This document shows positions 62,485 through 64,000 of a stretch of DNA of 64,000 nt, one piece after another. Location of the stretch: assembly GCA_016195385.1 (NCBI GenBank), contig JACPZS010000034.1, forward strand, positions 5,885 through 69,884. Direction: 5' to 3'. The notes beneath the pieces are model-generated. The model was not told where the DNA came from, ran no database searches, and saw only the letters and a program-made list of their open reading frames with translations. This DNA is from Verrucomicrobiota bacterium (GTDB lineage Bacteria; Verrucomicrobiota; Verrucomicrobiia; Limisphaerales; JACPZS01). The position numbers and the translations under genes were made by a program. Each line of letters opens with the position of its first letter. The stretch's first letter is position 1.

Positions 62485-64000
62485 ATGGATTTAGCGCACA
62501 TTCGGAATTTTAGCATTATCGCCCATATCGACCACGGGAAAACCACCCTGTCCGACCGCCTGCTTCACCGCACTGGCACTATTGCCACCCGCGACATGGA
62601 GAATCAGATGCTCGACTCGATGGACCTTGAACGCGAACGAGGCATCACCATCAAGGCGCATCCAGTGACGATGCTGTACGAGGCCAAGAACGGCGAGACG
62701 TACGAGTTGAATTTGATCGACACGCCGGGGCACGTGGATTTCGCGTATGAAGTTTCGCGCAGTTTGAGCGCGTGCGAGGGCGCGCTGCTCATCATCGACG
62801 CGGCGCAAGGCGTCGAGGCACAGACGGTGGCAAATCTGCATCTGGCGATGAAGCAGGAACTGGCCATCATCCCGGTTATCAACAAAATCGATCTACCGCA
62901 CGCCAACGTGGCGCTGACGAAGACGCAGTTGGAAGATATTCTGGCGATTCCCGCGGACACTGCGGTGTTGGCCAGCGCCAAAGAAGGAATCGGCATTGAG
63001 GATATTTTGGAAGCCATCGTGGCGCGTGTCCCGCCGCCGAAGCGCACCGATGCGCCGTCTCTGCAAGCGCTCGTGTTTGATTCGTATTTTGACACGTACA
63101 AAGGCGTCGTCTCGCACGTGCGGGTTTTTAATGGAGAACTGCGCGCCGGGCAGATGGTGAAGTTGCTTCATTCGGGCAAGACCGTCGAAGTGAAGGAAGT
63201 CGGGAGTTTCAATCCCAAGCCATACATCCGTGAAAAATTGGAAATCGGCGAAACCGGTTACATCACGGCGAACATCAAAAGCCCCAAGGATGTGAAAATG
63301 GGCGACACGCTTACGGATGCGCGCCACCCATCCGGAGTGTTGCCAGGTTTTAAGGAAATTCATCCGATGGTGTTCAGCGGGATTTATCCGATTAACACTG
63401 CGGATTACGAGCATTTGAAGGCCAACCTCGCCAAGCTTCAATTAAACGACTCGGCCTTCGCGTATCAGTCGGAAAGTTCGGTCGCGCTCGGCTTCGGTTT
63501 TCGTTGCGGCTTCCTCGGCTTGCTTCACTTGGAGATCGTGCAGGAGCGTCTGCGGCGCGAGTACGGCATGGACATTATCGCCACGTATCCGAGTGTGGTT
63601 TATCGGGTGACGATGTCGGATGGCGTCTTGAAGGAAATCGACAATCCCGCGTTCTTGCCGGAGCCGAACTACATCCAGAAGATCGAAGAGCCGATGGTGA
63701 AGTCGTTTGTGATCTGCCCCAACGAATACATCGGAGACATGATGGCGCTCATTTCCGAAAAACGCGGCGTGGTTGATCACACAGAAACGCTGGACGCCAA
63801 ACGCGTGATGCTTACCAGCATGTTGCCGTTGAACGAAATTTTGATCGATTTCCATGATCGCATCAAAAGCATCACGCGCGGCTTTGGCTCGATGGATTAC
63901 GAGCACGACGAATACATGGAGTCGGATCTGGTGAAACTGGACATGCTCGTGAATGGCGAGTCCGTCGATGCTTTTTCGTGCATTGTGCATCGCTCCAAAG
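62485..64000 (+). CDS. lepA: translation elongation factor 4 (LepA), 3'-partial
   Basis: It is absent from the ORF track because no stop falls inside the window. The translation from the ATG at 62485 reads 'MDLAHIRNFSIIAHIDHGKTTLSDRLL...LIDTPGHVDFAYEVSRS...INKIDLP' and runs in-frame to nt 64000 ('...VDAFSCIVHRSK'). Confidence 0.93.
   Translation, partial: MDLAHIRNFSIIAHIDHGKTTLSDRLLHRTGTIATRDMENQMLDSMDLERERGITIKAHPVTMLYEAKNGETYELNLIDTPGHVDFAYEVSRSLSACEGALLIIDAAQGVEAQTVANLHLAMKQELAIIPVINKIDLPHANVALTKTQLEDILAIPADTAVLASAKEGIGIEDILEAIVARVPPPKRTDAPSLQALVFDSYFDTYKGVVSHVRVFNGELRAGQMVKLLHSGKTVEVKEVGSFNPKPYIREKLEIGETGYITANIKSPKDVKMGDTLTDARHPSGVLPGFKEIHPMVFSGIYPINTADYEHLKANLAKLQLNDSAFAYQSESSVALGFGFRCGFLGLLHLEIVQERLRREYGMDIIATYPSVVYRVTMSDGVLKEIDNPAFLPEPNYIQKIEEPMVKSFVICPNEYIGDMMALISEKRGVVDHTETLDAKRVMLTSMLPLNEILIDFHDRIKSITRGFGSMDYEHDEYMESDLVKLDMLVNGESVDAFSCIVHRSK

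Overview
This is a gene-dense, GC-rich chromosomal window that looks like a PVC-superphylum bacterium, most consistent with Verrucomicrobiota. That placement is an inference from the gene content: two PSCyt/DUF1549/DUF1553 giants, a TIGR02999-like ECF sigma next to a WD40 Ser/Thr kinase, many prepilin-type proteins, and hairpin-rich intergenic repeats. I can support about 55 CDSs and 2 tRNAs, and I saw no rRNA, CRISPR array, transposase or integrase.

Gene content, in order:
- 5'-partial glyQS, a DUF2127 membrane protein, an aldehyde dehydrogenase and PSCyt/DUF1553 protein 1.
- An RlmI-like methyltransferase, tRNA-Leu(CAA), dprA and an ECF sigma with a putative anti-sigma.
- Two head-to-head three-gene pseudopilin cassettes, followed by an SLT-like lytic transglycosylase.
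- Glycerate kinase, then an ECF sigma with a 1205-aa kinase-WD40 protein.
- A Calx-beta x4/PAF-acetylhydrolase-like fusion and PSCyt/DUF1553 protein 2.
- The flagellar block flgF-flgG-flgA-flgH-flgI-flgJ(rod-binding only)-flgN-flgK-flgL.
- HAD and CotH genes, an amidohydrolase and a tandem cupredoxin.
- A vWA/GATase-like membrane protein with a caspase/legumain-like protein, then a DUF2339 protein.
- tolQ-(zinc ribbon)-tolR-tolA-tolB-pal, tatA-tatC, an AIM24-family gene and dus.
- grpE-dnaJ-rsmE, tRNA-Thr(CGU) and 3'-partial lepA.

Most noteworthy:
- The mirror-arranged pseudopilin cassettes (12.2-18.1 kb) have no assembly machinery nearby.
- Sigma-54-type -24/-12 elements sit in front of both cassettes and in front of flgF.
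- A 23-bp AU-rich hairpin with G.U pairs lies between the ECF sigma and its kinase.
- A double zinc-ribbon membrane protein is wedged into tolQ-tolR.
- A tandem cupredoxin has an unusual C-x2-H-x9-M ligand loop.
- A clan-CD-like protein has Ser where the nucleophile Cys is expected.

All homology calls come from reading motifs by eye. No database search was run.
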